A stretch of 64,000 nucleotides of DNA, from positions 62,001 through 126,000 of the forward strand of contig NIVC01002856.1 in assembly GCA_002269645.1 (NCBI GenBank). The letters run 5' to 3'. The position numbers and the translations under genes were made by a program. Shown here in pieces: positions 1-12,481 of this stretch; position 1 is the stretch's first letter; each line of letters opens with the position of its first letter. Under the pieces are notes generated by a model that was given only the letters and a program-made list of their open reading frames with translations, was not told the DNA's origin and made no database searches. The DNA comes from Macrostomum lignano. Taxonomy: Eukaryota.

Positions 1-2661
1 GGGACCTGAAGCCCGAGAATCTGCTGCTGGACTCCACCGGCTACTGCAAGCTGACGGACTTCGGCTTCGCTAAGCGCATCGGTTTCGGCAAAAAGACTTG
101 GACTTTCTGTGGCACGCCCGAGTACGTGCCACCGGAGGTCATACTCAACAAGGGCCACGATCTGTCTGCGGACTTCTGGTCTCTGGGCGTGCTTATCTTC
201 GAGCTTCTAACTGGTACTCCGCCATTCGTCGCTTCGGACCCCATGAAGACGTACAACATCATCCTCAAGGGCATCGACGCCGTGGATTTTCCCCGCCGAG
301 TAGGCCGCAACGCGCAGAACCTCATCAAGAAGCTGTGTCGGTGAGTTTTGCCGGTTTGTCATTATTTTATGCGGTAGAATTTCAGATGGGGCCAAATTTA
401 CTACACTACACTGGATTCAAAAGTTGAGATTGACAGAAAAAGTACAAAGTACGGTATGTTTGTTTGCAGGGGCGCCTAGGGGCTGCCGAAAATCAAGATG
501 ATCCCCAGGCAGCGAAGAGACAAGCAGTCAGGCCATTTGGCTGAACCCTGATACGGAAGCAGGCACACAATCCCACAGATTGTACAGCGGCCCTGACTTT
601 GTTTTCGTCAGTCAGCACACACTCAGTGCCTTGTGTACTGGCCCTCATGGGCGAGAATTGAACTAAATCCAAACAGTTTAACGTGGCCAGCTACTTTGGC
701 GCTAGAATCAGACGGTACTGCTACATCTGCCCCTTGAAGAGTACATTTCTTTGATGAGGAAAAAATCAAGAGGCGTTGTACACTCTGTGTGAGCACAGTG
801 CGCATGTGTACGAATTCTTTGGTATCACTTTTTAGAGGCAGTGGCTGTGTGCAACCTGGCGCACTTTAAGCGACATTGTCACACAACCGGCGAGAGGCAT
901 TACTGCCTATTCCACCGACACCCCTGAGCAGGCACACAAGCGCGCGGATACGTACGCAGGCACACACTCACACAGAAATGTACAGCGGCCCTAAACTTTA
1001 TTTATCGTTAGGCATGTACACTTCACTGTGCCTTGGGGGCTGGCCCTCAAGAGCATTAATTGCACGAGCAGAGCCAAGCCGAAATTCCAGTTTAGCCCTG
1101 AATCAATGTGACTGCACTTGGAATCGAGCCTGAGCCGCTGGCACATCAGAGCGCTGCGCCAGACCACTGGACTACGCCCCCATACTTTTGCGTCATATAT
1201 ACTCTTAGAATGCAGTGATGCCTAAACTACAACGATTAAATATACTCAACAACATTAAAAAGTCGCCACCTTTGACAGTGCGCAGTAAATTCTAGCTCAG
1301 TATTGACTTTTGAGTGACGCAACTTGCGCCACGCGACGCAGAGTTGGGCTGGGTGGGGAGGGATTGGGAAGAGCGGAGGGCGAAGATTGGATAGATTGAA
1401 GCTTCCGCTCGGTTTTCATTGTTTTTTCAAGCATTTTTTAATATAAAAATGGTTAACCAGGTGATAGACTGGTCCAAAGACACTGCTCACTGGGGCAAAG
1501 GGTGGCGAATTTTCAATGTTGCTGAGTATAATTTAGTTCTTCCTTTGATGCCAATTCCTAAAAATCCTCCCAAATTCGATTTTTTTCCTCAAATTTAAAC
1601 ATTATTCACGATTCTAACTCTCACGTTGCCACCCCCTTTGCCCCCCCCCCTAATCCTGAAGTCAACATTTGCCCCCGCCCCTAAATCCTGAAGCGAACTA
1701 AATTTCCATAACTTGATTGTCCGCTTGATTTTTTCAGCGACAGTCCATCTGAGAGGCTGGGGTTTGGCCGCGGCGGAGTGATGGAGGTGGCCCATCACGT
1801 CTGGTTTGAGGGCTTCAACTGGGCCGGGGTGAAGTCGCGATCCCTCACTCCACCGTTCCTGCCGAAGGTGAGCCGGTTATCTAATTGTAACTGTTTAATT
1901 TAAATTTTAAACCGTTTCAATTTTAATAATTCGACTGTGTATTTTGATTGACTTATTCTTCATCAGTTTTCCCAGTTCACCTGGGGTCCTTCTAGGTGTT
2001 TCTCAAATAGTTCCGTTTGTTTATATTCTCATATGTATGATACTCTCTCCATCTTGGTCTATATCACTGTCATTTTTTGAAATTCAGCTTTTTCTTTATC
2101 TTTGTGTCACTATTTCTTCTACGTGTCACTGTGTCCTCAGTGTATAACCATGTCCTTCTGCGTGTCACTCCATTTTTCTACGTGTCACTGTGTCCTCAGT
2201 GTATAACCATGTCCTGAGTGTGTCACTCCATTTTTCTACGTGTCACTGTGTCCTCAGTGTGTAACCATGTCCTGAGTGTGTCACTCCATTTTTCTACGTG
2301 TCACTGTGTCCTCAGTGTGTAACCATGTCCTGAGTGTGTCACTCCATTTTTCTACGTGTCACTGTGTCCTCAGTGTGTAACCATGTCCTGAGTGTGTCAC
2401 TCCATTTTTCTACGTGTCACTGTGTCCTCAGTGTGTAACCATGTCCTTCTGCGTGTCACTCCATTTTTCTACGTGTCACTACTTACCATGTCCTTCTGAG
2501 TGTGTCACTCAGTCCTGTTTGTCCTCTTTTGGCCTCCATTAGTCCTCTACGACATTTGTTTCCAGATTTCGTCTCCAGTGGATGCCAGCAATTTCGACGA
2601 GTATCCTCCCGATGCGGAACAGCCGCCGGATGACGTCAGCGGCTGGGACAAAGACTTTTAA
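1..2661 (+). CDS. PRKG1: cGMP-dependent protein kinase (PKG), last three exons (5'-partial)
   Basis: Exons <1-340, 1738-1867 and 2566-2661 join in frame with GT/AG ends. Translation: [53 protein letters not shown]...LIKKLCR / DSPSERLG...WFEGFNW...PPFLPK / [31 protein letters not shown]. The C-terminal WDKDF tail is typical of PKG. Confidence 0.95.
835..995 (+). mobile_element. Copy of an unclassified dispersed repeat family, probably a retroelement 3' fragment, in a PKG intron
   Basis: Shares blocks (ctggcgca..., gcgacat.gtc.cacaacc.gc, cctgagca...caagcgcgc, gtacagcggccc) with copies near 21.8, 41.5 and 54.7 kb. Followed at about 1100-1180 by a SINE/LINE-like tail (ggaatcgagcc...accactggactac). 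Confidence 0.55.
2105..2510. repeat. 59-bp tandem repeat, about 7 copies, in the last PKG intron
   Basis: Unit ctacgtgtcactgtgtcctcagtgtgtaaccatgtcctgagtgtgtcactccattttt; period 59 (2119, 2178, ...). Confidence 0.9.
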
Positions 2662-3749
2662 TCCGGATAAAATTCGAATTATTAATATTAGACAGTTTAA
2701 TCAATAATTTGCTCATTTGAGCTAAATTTACAGCCCGTGTAGAGAGCGCTAAAAGTCACCTTCTGTGAAGCGTCGTTTATCGTGTCAAATTTGTGACTCG
2801 CTCTCTGTACTTAAACAGCTATTTGTTTCAAACGATAGTCTTTTATTAATTTTTGTGTTACTACAGAAATGAGCATGATTCTACAAATATCATCATAGGT
2901 CACCATCTTAATCTTATTTGACTCTGTTTTCGTTATTGCTTTTTTCTGTGCACCAACTCTGATCCACGATCCGATTGTTAATCGTGATAAATACACGCGC
3001 AACTTTTGCGGTACGGGATTTCCTGAACCTAGAGAATTATTCGTTGAGAAATGCTGACTTCTGCGGCCTGCAAAGACGCTTTGGGTTTGACGATCGAAGA
3101 AGGTTGAATAATAAAGTAATGGGGAATGGGTTGACAATGTTTCCGCAGGTATTAGGAGATCACGGCCGGGTTCCAGGGAGTACCAGAGGTGCCAGTGGGT
3201 GCCAGGGGTGCCAGTGGGTGCAAGGTATGAGAAACAAGGCCAATTATGAGCCATTAAAGGCTACTACGTAAAGGCAGAAGGATAAAGGCTTGACTCATCG
3301 GTTCGGTCGGAAATCTTGAAGTTTTATTGATACGGTTAAAACAATTACAAGCTCACTCGTGGATTGAATCCAGTGTGCAACGAAGACTCCAGAGAATACA
3401 GAATTAAGTTTTGACAAAATCGAATGCAAAGGGAGCGTGGCACGCGGGTTGCATAAAGCAAAGGCTAGCATTCAATATGCAATATTCAGCATTCATCAGG
3501 TTGATGAAGGACGGGAGAGTAAGAATGGAGAGCTGGGTGAGGTCGAGCTTTACATATTGCCGCTCGTCCGGTGTTCGGCCGGTGCCGAATCAATCAGACA
3601 TCAGTTGACGGATCTCGCAAAAATTAGCCGGCGTAAGACAATACACCTGAAATTGTTTTAGCGGTACTATTAATGTTAGTGTATTTATGCTTTTATGCTC
3701 TCAACAGTCTGGAGTTGTCCTATCCAATGAGGCCAAATTAAACAGTTTC

Positions 3750-3905
3750 CCTCCGATGTTTCCCCTCCGGCGTTTCCCCTCCGGCGTTTCCCCTCCGGCG
3801 TTTCCCCTCCGGCGTTTCCCCTCCGGCGTTTCCCCTCCGGCGTTTCCCCTCCGGCGTTTCCCCTCCGGCGTTTCCCCTCCGGCGTTTCCCCTCCGGCGTT
3901 TCCAC
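3750..3905. repeat. 14-bp minisatellite (tttcccctccggcg)n, left arm of an inverted pair
   Basis: About 11 near-perfect copies, read directly. Confidence 0.92.
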
Positions 3906-4239
3906 TCGGCGGTACTGTCCCTTCAGATATTTCCCATTGCGTCGATAAAAGGAAGAATAAAATGAGCTGCGGCACAACAAAGCACTTTAATGACATTATG
4001 AAGTGTCTATCGCCCCTCAAATCCTCCCTCATTGGCAGAAACGTGTCACCAACTAAATTCAGGTGACAGACCTGGACACATGGGCTTAGGGATTAGGGAT
4101 TACTCGTAATTCCATCCCAAATCCTAAGCTACTCTTACTTCCCTACTCCAAAAGCTATCTCTCTCTGTCTCTCTCTGTGTGTGCGTAAGTGTATTTGTTG
4201 TATTTATCTCAGATTGGAGCAATGTCCGGACAGAAAATA

Positions 4240-4407
4240 CCGGAGGGGAAATGCCAGAGGGGAAATGCCGGAGGGGAAACGCCGGAGGGGAAATGCCGGA
4301 GGGGAAACGCCGGAGGGGAAATGCCAGAGGGGAAATCCCAGAGGGGAAATGCCGGAGGGGAAACGCCGGAGGGGAAATGCCAGAGGGGAAATGCCGGAGG
4401 GGAAATG
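4240..4407. repeat. 14-bp minisatellite (ggaggggaaatgcc)n, right arm; reverse complement of the 3750-3905 array
   Basis: About 12 copies; the unit is the reverse complement of the left-arm unit. Confidence 0.92.
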
Positions 4408-4458
4408 TCTGTAAGCCATTGTTTTAGCATCTGCGATTGTGATTATAGCATTTTGAAT

Positions 4459-7400
4459 TTAAGTCGCCGATATTTGTCCGTAAACAACAAAGCTCACCTT
4501 GTCTGTGGGTACCACCTCCATCTCAGCGGGCGGCATGGCAATTACGTAACGGTGGTTCTTAGCATCCGGCTGGGTAACCTGCAGTCTGGAGATGCCGATG
4601 CAGACCGACTCCAGCTGGTCCAAGCACCGTGCGGCAAGATCGCGCCACTGGCAGCCTGCTGTACCCTGCAAAAGAAGGAAACGGGTAAATTTAGTAATGT
4701 CCTGAATCGACGCCTCGGCTGTATTAAAAATACTTTTTACATCTGAAAGATAGAAACGGTCGCTGCAATTAGAGATCGGGGTAGTAGGTGCAGTAGAGAT
4801 CGGGGTAGTAGGTGCAGTAGAGGTCGGGGTAGTAGGTGCAGTAGAGATCGGGGTAGTAGGTGCAGTAGAGATCGGGGTAGTAGGTGCAGTAGAGGTCGGG
4901 GTAGTAGGTGCAGTAGAGGTCGGTGTAGTAGGTGCAGTAGAGGTTGGTGTAGTAGGTGCAGTAGAGGTCGGTGTAGTAGGTGCAGTAGAGGTCAGTGTAG
5001 TAGCTGAGTGATGGCTTTATTCATACTGAGGCTTAAAGTGGCTGTAGGAGTCAAACGCACCTCCAACTCGTACAGACAGCGCAGCGGTTGCTCCAAGACG
5101 CTAAACAGCTGAATTTTGCTTCTCAGATGCGGCCCCGTGGGTCTCGCATCGGCTGGCCGATCGAGCCGCGGTCTCATCAATTCGTTAGTCTGCTCTAGTG
5201 ACATGAAATGAAAACCCTGCTCGTTGAGATCGATTTCTAGATTGTCCGAATCGACTGTGGTGAGTATTGTTCTCAGAAAGTTTAGGGCCGGCTCGTTGAA
5301 GTAAATCTGTGGGTAACGAAAGATTTTTGATGCTTCAGTTTAATTCCCGTACGTCGTTAGTTTTAGGCTCGTAACAACAAAACGGTGCTTTCGTTCCTAT
5401 GTGTCGAAGGAACCACTGATCTCAAATGTATGTAAAGCTCGTTCACATCGCCATTAAGTTTGACCAACTTTTGTGTGATTTTGCATATATGTTGTCGCTT
5501 TGTACATCATTTGATGATGTTAAATAGCTTTTCAAATTATACTTTATTATTTAAATCCAGTAAAATCATTCCGAAGACCAAACTGCTTCTTGTGCTTTTT
5601 CAACTTGAAGAAACTCGACGGAACAGTAAGATCGTAAGTAACATCGTACAGTAACTCGTATTAAAACTTTTCATTCTCGAATCGAACTTCATCTCAAAAA
5701 TTTACGTTTGCATAAGCTCAAAAGTTACCTAAATTTTCGTGAAATTTTATAATCATAGAATAGAGCGGTTTGGAGCTCATCGTTACCGTTGTAGCGATGG
5801 AGCCGAGCAAGCTGAGGTAAACGGTCCGCCCGGTGGCAAATGCTTGCGTCATGAACGGCTCCTCAACCTCCATTTCGTCATCCTGATCAAGGTACTCGAT
5901 TGAGCCGACGCTGTTCAGCTCAGTCACAATGTGAATTGTGTCGCCGAGGCGGCGTCCAGTCTCAGGGTGCCGCATCGTTTTGATGTTAAGAGTGCACAGC
6001 ACTGTCTCCCGGTCAGCCTGGGCGTTCGCTTGTAATGAGTTCGCCTTCGGCGACAGTATCACGCAACAGTCAACGTATTCGATGTTGACGGCTTTGAGAT
6101 TGGCTCGGTTTAACGTGGAACCGTTGAGAGCATAGATTCCAGGAAAATTCTGGATAACGCTCCATTCGTTGAATATGAGATCGATGTTGCCTACGAAAAC
6201 AATATCCTTGAGCTCTCTCTTCGGTATTGTGCTCGCTCGCAGCGGCATGATAAAGGAAGTAATGTTAAGCAGAACGTCGGAACGCTTCTCCACAACGCAC
6301 ACAACAATGTGATTTCGGAATTGGTGGACTTTGTGGTTGTTCAGCACGACTGTACCAGCCGAGCGGTTGGAGACCCAGTGGAAATAGCCGCTGGAGTCCA
6401 GCTCCTGACCGCCGGGCAGCTCGGGCTGCAGCCTCTGACTGGACTCACGTCTGAATGGCGAGGGTGTGGTTTGGGATCGACTTACATACACAGCGATTCG
6501 ACCTTCATCGTACGAGTATATCCGGCGATAATCAACTCACGATTCACTTTGCGACAGCGGTCTCGGTTCGCCCGCACTGGTTGGTCGACTGCAAAGCCTT
6601 TCTGAAATTTGAGAAATTATTCATTAAATTACCTATTAGTGCTTGCTTTAAATGAAATTTTCAAAATTGTTGCAAATTACTTGTAGCCCGTATGCATACT
6701 TTTGCTCATTGGAGATTGCTTTTTTGGTGTGGCTACGCTTAGAAGTACATGTAATGACATTGAAAACTTTTATTTACCCCCAAAACTCATGCTTTTTAAC
6801 AAACTTTGTTGTAACTAAAGTTACAGAGTGATATCTCGATCTCACCTATGGGATCTGTGGGATTGCTATCGACACTTTTGACTTCGAGCTGTTCAGTCGG
6901 GAAGCTGTGCTCAAAGTCTGACGAAAAATCCGTCTGAATCTGCGACATCTGTTTGGGATTTCGTATCTGCTGCACTGGACTCTCCGACACTTCGTCGTTT
7001 TGACTCTCCATCCAGTCTTCAGTCTGATCATGCAAATATCCCTCCTGCTCTTCCAGAGCCAGCTGGTGCTGGTGAAACGGCTTCGAATTTACTCTGTTAT
7101 TGTTATTGTTCTCGTGCAACCGCTGGTTGCTGCGCCGCTGCAGCGAAAAGTATGCCTCCGTAGCTGTACTTTGCGCTTCATCCTCAGAGCTTAGACGAAG
7201 ATGAGATACGCTAAATGTATGGAATAAGATTTTTTGCACTAGAAAAGTTTGTAAATATTGGAAATATTAAAACGGAGCTGTAATTCACTACTCACCCTTT
7301 TGCTTGCTTTTTGTCTTTGGCAATGACGAAGGCCTCTATTGTGTTCGTATCGATTATCAGCTGCGAACCCGGATTGATGACGGTCTGTCGCGATCCATCG

Positions 7401-9924
7401 TTGGTGACTTGAACGGCCAGAAGCATGATTTCTAACAGATCGTAGCATATTCGAGTGGCCTGCTGGAACGTTAAGCCGTGAAAAATCGGTGCAAACTTTA
7501 CCTTGTAGAATTCGAATGTTGCGCCTTCAAGGTACACATTCTCCCAGCGATTCTCTTTGTCTTTCATCGGCTTGAACGATCGCAACGTCAGCAGATTACC
7601 CAATAGGGTGGATACTCCAGGAGCGAGGCAGCTCTGAGCAAGGACTCCGTATTTCATTTCGTTTATGCACAGCGCCTGGTCACCATGAACGGCGCTCCAG
7701 TCCGGTATGTTTCTTAAATAAGTCTTACTCTTGTACAGGTGCAGTTGCACTATTATACGTATATTTGGACAGTAGTCCTTGATAGCGATGACTCGCATAA
7801 TGTTCTTTACGTCTTCGTCCTCGGGGTCATTAGTCAAGCCGTCAGCCAGTATGATTGTGGCGGTGGCTAGTTTGAGCTCGGCGCGCTTCAGGTCTCGAAG
7901 CGACATCACGTTGCCGTGCAGGTAAGTAACGTAAAGTTCTCGCGTTTTCAACAGGGCTTGCATCTCAGGACTCGGCTCCTCTCTAAATTATTGATGGTGT
8001 GATGCTTTTCTGTGTTTTTTGCCTGCGTGTCGTGGTGTCTATTTGACTTACCGTTATTTTTTGCAAACGGGTTTTGCAAGCGACCACTTTTCCATATGGC
8101 TTGTTCACACGGACATCAACTAAGCCATCAAATAAAAGCAAAGCGCCGAAAAATATGCATATACACATAACTAATTTGTAAATGTAAATGATTCTAAATG
8201 GTGATTCAACAATTTTTTTACATTTTCTACCTTTTGAACCAGGAAAATAAGTGCTATTGACTCGTTTTACTGAACAGATGATGGTACTTACTCTCCGATC
8301 ATTGCAAGAAATTCCATTTTATTTTCGTCTCGTCCGTTCGAGTAAAAGTCGTTGAAAAAAGTCTCCACCGTAGGCACATCGAAGTTTCCGGCTAAAACAA
8401 CATGTCTAAAATTTTATTGAATGCAATGATTAACTAATGATTAACACTTTTTACTTCAGCCGATTCTTCACCTTCTTCCGTGCATAAGGTGAATCTTGTT
8501 TCTCCGGTACTTTTTACTCTCCATCATGATTGCAGATATTTCAGGCACTATGCTGGTGAACAGACCCTGCAATTTGAGCAATCCAGTCCATCAGGCTTGT
8601 CGTTTGGGGAATTCTGCATACTCTACTAGTTAATTTGCATACTTTACTAATTGCTCACCAGTGCCAGTATTACGAATATAATGATGAAGAATTTCCCCAG
8701 AACAGTTCTGGGCGAATAGTCGCCGTAGCCCACGGTGCTCATGGTGATCAGCATGGTGTAAAAGCAGTTGTGAAAGTCCAGAAACGATGAGGAGAGCAAG
8801 CCACCGTCCTCGTTCCAAAAATCACCGACCGATTCGATCTGAATTCATGCGTCCCGAACAAGCAATGATAGTTAAATCTATTTCACGTTTTCCTGTCAAC
8901 ATTGGAGCAAAAGGAATTCCTACCAACTGGAAGAACCCGGCGCTAGCGAGCCAGATTATGATGATTTGCAGCAGCAGCTTCATCAGGCGAATTTCGCGCT
9001 CTGCTTTTAGTATTTGGCAGTAAATCAATGCGTTCACTAAGAACTTCAGGCCGCCAAGCCGGGCGAACTGGAACACTGAAACCGTTCGATTGAAAATGAC
9101 ACCAGTCTGAATGCTTGATTGATTTGTACCTAATTTTCCTAAAAAGATATTTTGACTCACCAATCATATACTTATCCATAAAGTACATGATAAATGATGG
9201 TATCAAGGTCAAATGATCGGCTATCGTCTCCATGGACAAGAAAAAATTGAGCTTCGAATCGCTTGCGATTAGCTGAACAGAAATTAAACGGAATAATTAC
9301 ACTAAAATAACAGAGAACAAAACCAAACGAAACCAGCAAGTTCTACTTACTCTGCAGACGAACACAAGGCTATAAAACACGTTAATTGCAAAGTCAACAT
9401 GAATTGCGTTGAACCGGCTGCTCGAGTGACAGGACTGCAAGCTTTTCGAGAGGCCCGGATTAGCCGATGAGAATGAGTACGTCATAAAAACGTAAACTAT
9501 GAACGAAACAACGACGCACATGGAGTACAGTGCGAGCTGAAAGGTGCAGTGTGCGGCTGTTGAATATTTATTTGACAAATTAACTCAAGAATATCACCAT
9601 TAGGATCGATGTGTGGTGTAACTTGTTATAATGGCTCACCAGTACTTTGCCGGCATTGTTTGCTCCCTTGACAAGCGCCATGCACTCCAGATGGATTCGC
9701 GTTTGAAGCGAAGATCTGTGATCTTTGCCAAACAGCTTGCGCCGATTCATGTCTTCAACCTCCTTGTTCCGCTTGGAGCACGTGTCATTAATTAGATGGA
9801 AGGCAGCTGCGGTGAGCAGCGCCGCAAAGTACACACCAGCTGCGGAGCCGACAACAATCTGCCACAGGGTGGTACGGCAGTAGGGTGCTGCTGTCGCGGG
9901 TCCTGATAGGTTTCCTGTAGACAT
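4459..9924 (-). CDS. slo: Slo/BK-family large-conductance K+ channel alpha subunit, divergent
   Basis: Phase-consistent exons: 9924-9640 (S0), 9536-9351, 9272-9161, 9075-8924, 8838-8659 (pore TMSTVGYGD), 8566-8472, 8405-8292, 7982-7296 (RCK1, EDVKNIMRVIAIKDY), 7189-6846, 6601-6541, 6450-5787 (RCK2, ELDSSGYFHW, bowl TELN..YLDQDDE), 5306-5061, 4665-4459 (HRYVIAMPPAEMEVVPTDK). The exact terminal exon and stop are uncertain because a GTGAGC donor at 4497 could be used. Confidence 0.92.
4771..5000. repeat. 24-bp minisatellite (agagatcggggtagtaggtgcagt)n in a Slo intron
   Basis: About 9-10 copies read directly. Confidence 0.92.
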
Positions 9925-10890
9925 GCTGAGAAGGACCTCCAATCCTTAGAGCTCGGCTCCCTCGCTAGTGTCCCAGCTGAGAGCTGTCAGTGTTCCCTCT
10001 GTGATTGGAGTAGAGGGAGTTTCACCTGCAACAGCTTTCACCTACGCGTTCTTCTCTAACATTTCTATTCCAGCCAAGCTTTTCTGTTTCTGCGCCTGGC
10101 TTACTTATTTAGGAATACGGCAGCACTTCCATATAGCCTTCTAACTGAATAGATATACGCTGGAAAGATACATGGACTGGAACACTTACACGCGCTTGTG
10201 TTGTCAAAGCGTGTGCGCATCTGTATCTGCTTCTGCGGTGAGCAAGCAAGAAAGCCAGCGTAAACCGAACTGTGCTTCTCTCCACAATGTGCTCTGCTCT
10301 TTAACAGAGAAGCGAATCTAATTGGACAGGCCGCTTGCTGAGCGAGGTGGTCGCACGACGGTGGTCGCACAAACGCACGTCAACACAATGGCGGTGGGGT
10401 TTCCCAGACTCTCTGCTGCCCCTCTTGTCTGCCACTATGTTCAGCCGGATTCAAACGCAGGACTAGTATCTGCGTCCATTTGACCATACTTTCTACACCC
10501 AGCCGAGCTCACTGCCCTGGTGCAGCTGGCAGCTTCTCAGTGTACTCAGTGCGACCAAACTTGAGAAGCCTCAAGTCCTCCAATTTTTCTACACAGTGCA
10601 CAATGACTGAAGTTTTAATACGTTTCCCCATACGGTGCACTTTGCCACTGATAGCTGCTGCATGAAAGAACTTAACCATTTAATATTCTGTTTTTGTAGG
10701 TATAGCCAGGGAAGCCTCTATGGTCGCTGCGCTAGTTTAGGCAGCATACAAGTTTAGGGGTAAAAACCCAATTGGAAAGCAGTGAATGAATATTGAGCAA
10801 CGTTTTTTTCATTTCTATGATTGATAACTTTTTAACTAAAAGTCATAGAAAGATGCGGTTTGCACTATTCAACGCAAAACATTCAGAACT

Positions 10891-11130
10891 TTAGGTCTCC
10901 AAGTTGATAGAGTTGGGGTACTGAGAGTTTGTTACAAAGAACCTTTCCGAAAAATGCAGCGAGCAGATCCGGTAGTTGTGCTTTGGATCGCAGAGCAACT
11001 TCTCCAACTCTGCTGCTGTCCACTTTCGGGGAATTGCAGAGATCCATTTTCCAGAAGCTCCGGCTGTGTATATATTCTTTTTCCAGTTAGCAAGCTATGA
11101 AATACGAGAGGTGTTACAAAGTTTCGCGTA
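10891..11130 (-). pseudogene. Degenerate THAP zinc-finger fragment, likely a DNA-transposon relic
   Basis: Minus strand reads WISAIPRKWTAAELEKLLCDPKHNYRICSLHFSERFF, resembling the THAP W..AI.R...C-S-x-H-F pattern. The upstream FHS...PELLE is one base out of frame. Confidence 0.45.
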
Positions 11131-12481
11131 CAAACTGCTCTAGCGAGAAATCGATAAGCAGCCGCATCATTTCATATTCTATGCCATTCCCCTAAACTTG
11201 CGCAGCGACCATAGAGGCTTCCCTGGTATAGCTTTTGCCATGCTAAGTTATCCGACGTATATATCCGACTTTGAAAACGTGTATAATAAAGACAGGTTGG
11301 GCCATAGACAACACGCAAAGTTCTGATGAGAAACCCGACTGAGAGAGAGACAACCAAGCCCGGCCCAGGATGGTCAATCGTTTTCCCTATCAATTTACTG
11401 ATATTCCTACTAACTTATTTCACCAGTAGAGAATTGCCCATTCTGTGGATTTTCTGTGTCGCCATTTTGCACAGACACAGTGAACCTTCAGTTGACTGCA
11501 GCAACACTCGACACTTTATAAAATCATCTAGAAAGCTATCTGAATGCTTCTGTCGAAATTTCTCAAAACTAGTCAAGAGTAGTTGCCATCACAGTCCGTC
11601 TAAAGCAGTTCCAACAAGTAGCAACTGTAATCCGATCATTTCAGAAGATAGTAGCAGCTTCTCAATGCGTCCCCCGATACTATCTCATTCTGTTTTTTAG
11701 CCTCTGTTTCAATAAAGGAATTGAGAACTAAATAAAAGAGACGCCGCCATCTAAGTAAGCAATGAGCGCTCACTCATCTAAGAAGAATTTCGGTCCGCCT
11801 TTTCTTTTGTGCCTCGAATGGCCTTCTTCATTTCTAAGCCATGCTGCTGCTGTGGGTCAATGCAAAGCTCGAGCTTCGAGGGCGTGAGCGGTAGCAGAGG
11901 GCGGCTGGAGCCAGAACTCAGTAGAATAAGTGACTCATTCGTTGCGAACATTCTTGAAGACTTAAAGCTAATAGCGTTGTATAGAAAGGCTAGCTTCACG
12001 CCCTCTCGCGTTTAGCACCTTTAGAGTGCATAATTTCAGAATGAGCTGCTCTCACTGTACAATAGTTAGCGGCAGAACTTGCAGCCGTTAAGTCCCACTG
12101 ATCGTGTTTTGAATCAAAACCGGACTTTATGAGCTCGTATTTGCACCATCAATTTCTCAAAACTATTTAGCAAAGCTTTGAATCGTGCTACCAATCCTGT
12201 GGGTGAATTTTAGCATGCAGGCAGGATTAGCTTTTTGATTTCTTGGTAAAATGGTGAATGTATTACTCACTTAAGTAGAATTTATGAAAAATGATAGGTA
12301 TTTCAAATTTATTGTTTCTTTTTATCAAATATATTTACGTTTACTTACTGTACAAGTAGTTTAGTGAATATTATTCCTGTGAAATGAGTACATGATGCCA
12401 AAGAAATTCTCCTCGTTTCAGGGGAATAATACAAAGAATGTATCCCACGAAAGCCGGGAACGAAGATTATGAAATCGATTC

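Noticed and set aside
4084-4105. ttagggattaggg as interstitial telomere
   Set aside because: Only two imperfect units.
3685-4746. (GNAGGETPEGKRRR)n ORFs as a Slo C-terminal extension
   Set aside because: They are 14-bp repeat translations, and Slo homology ends at the TDK region near 4498.
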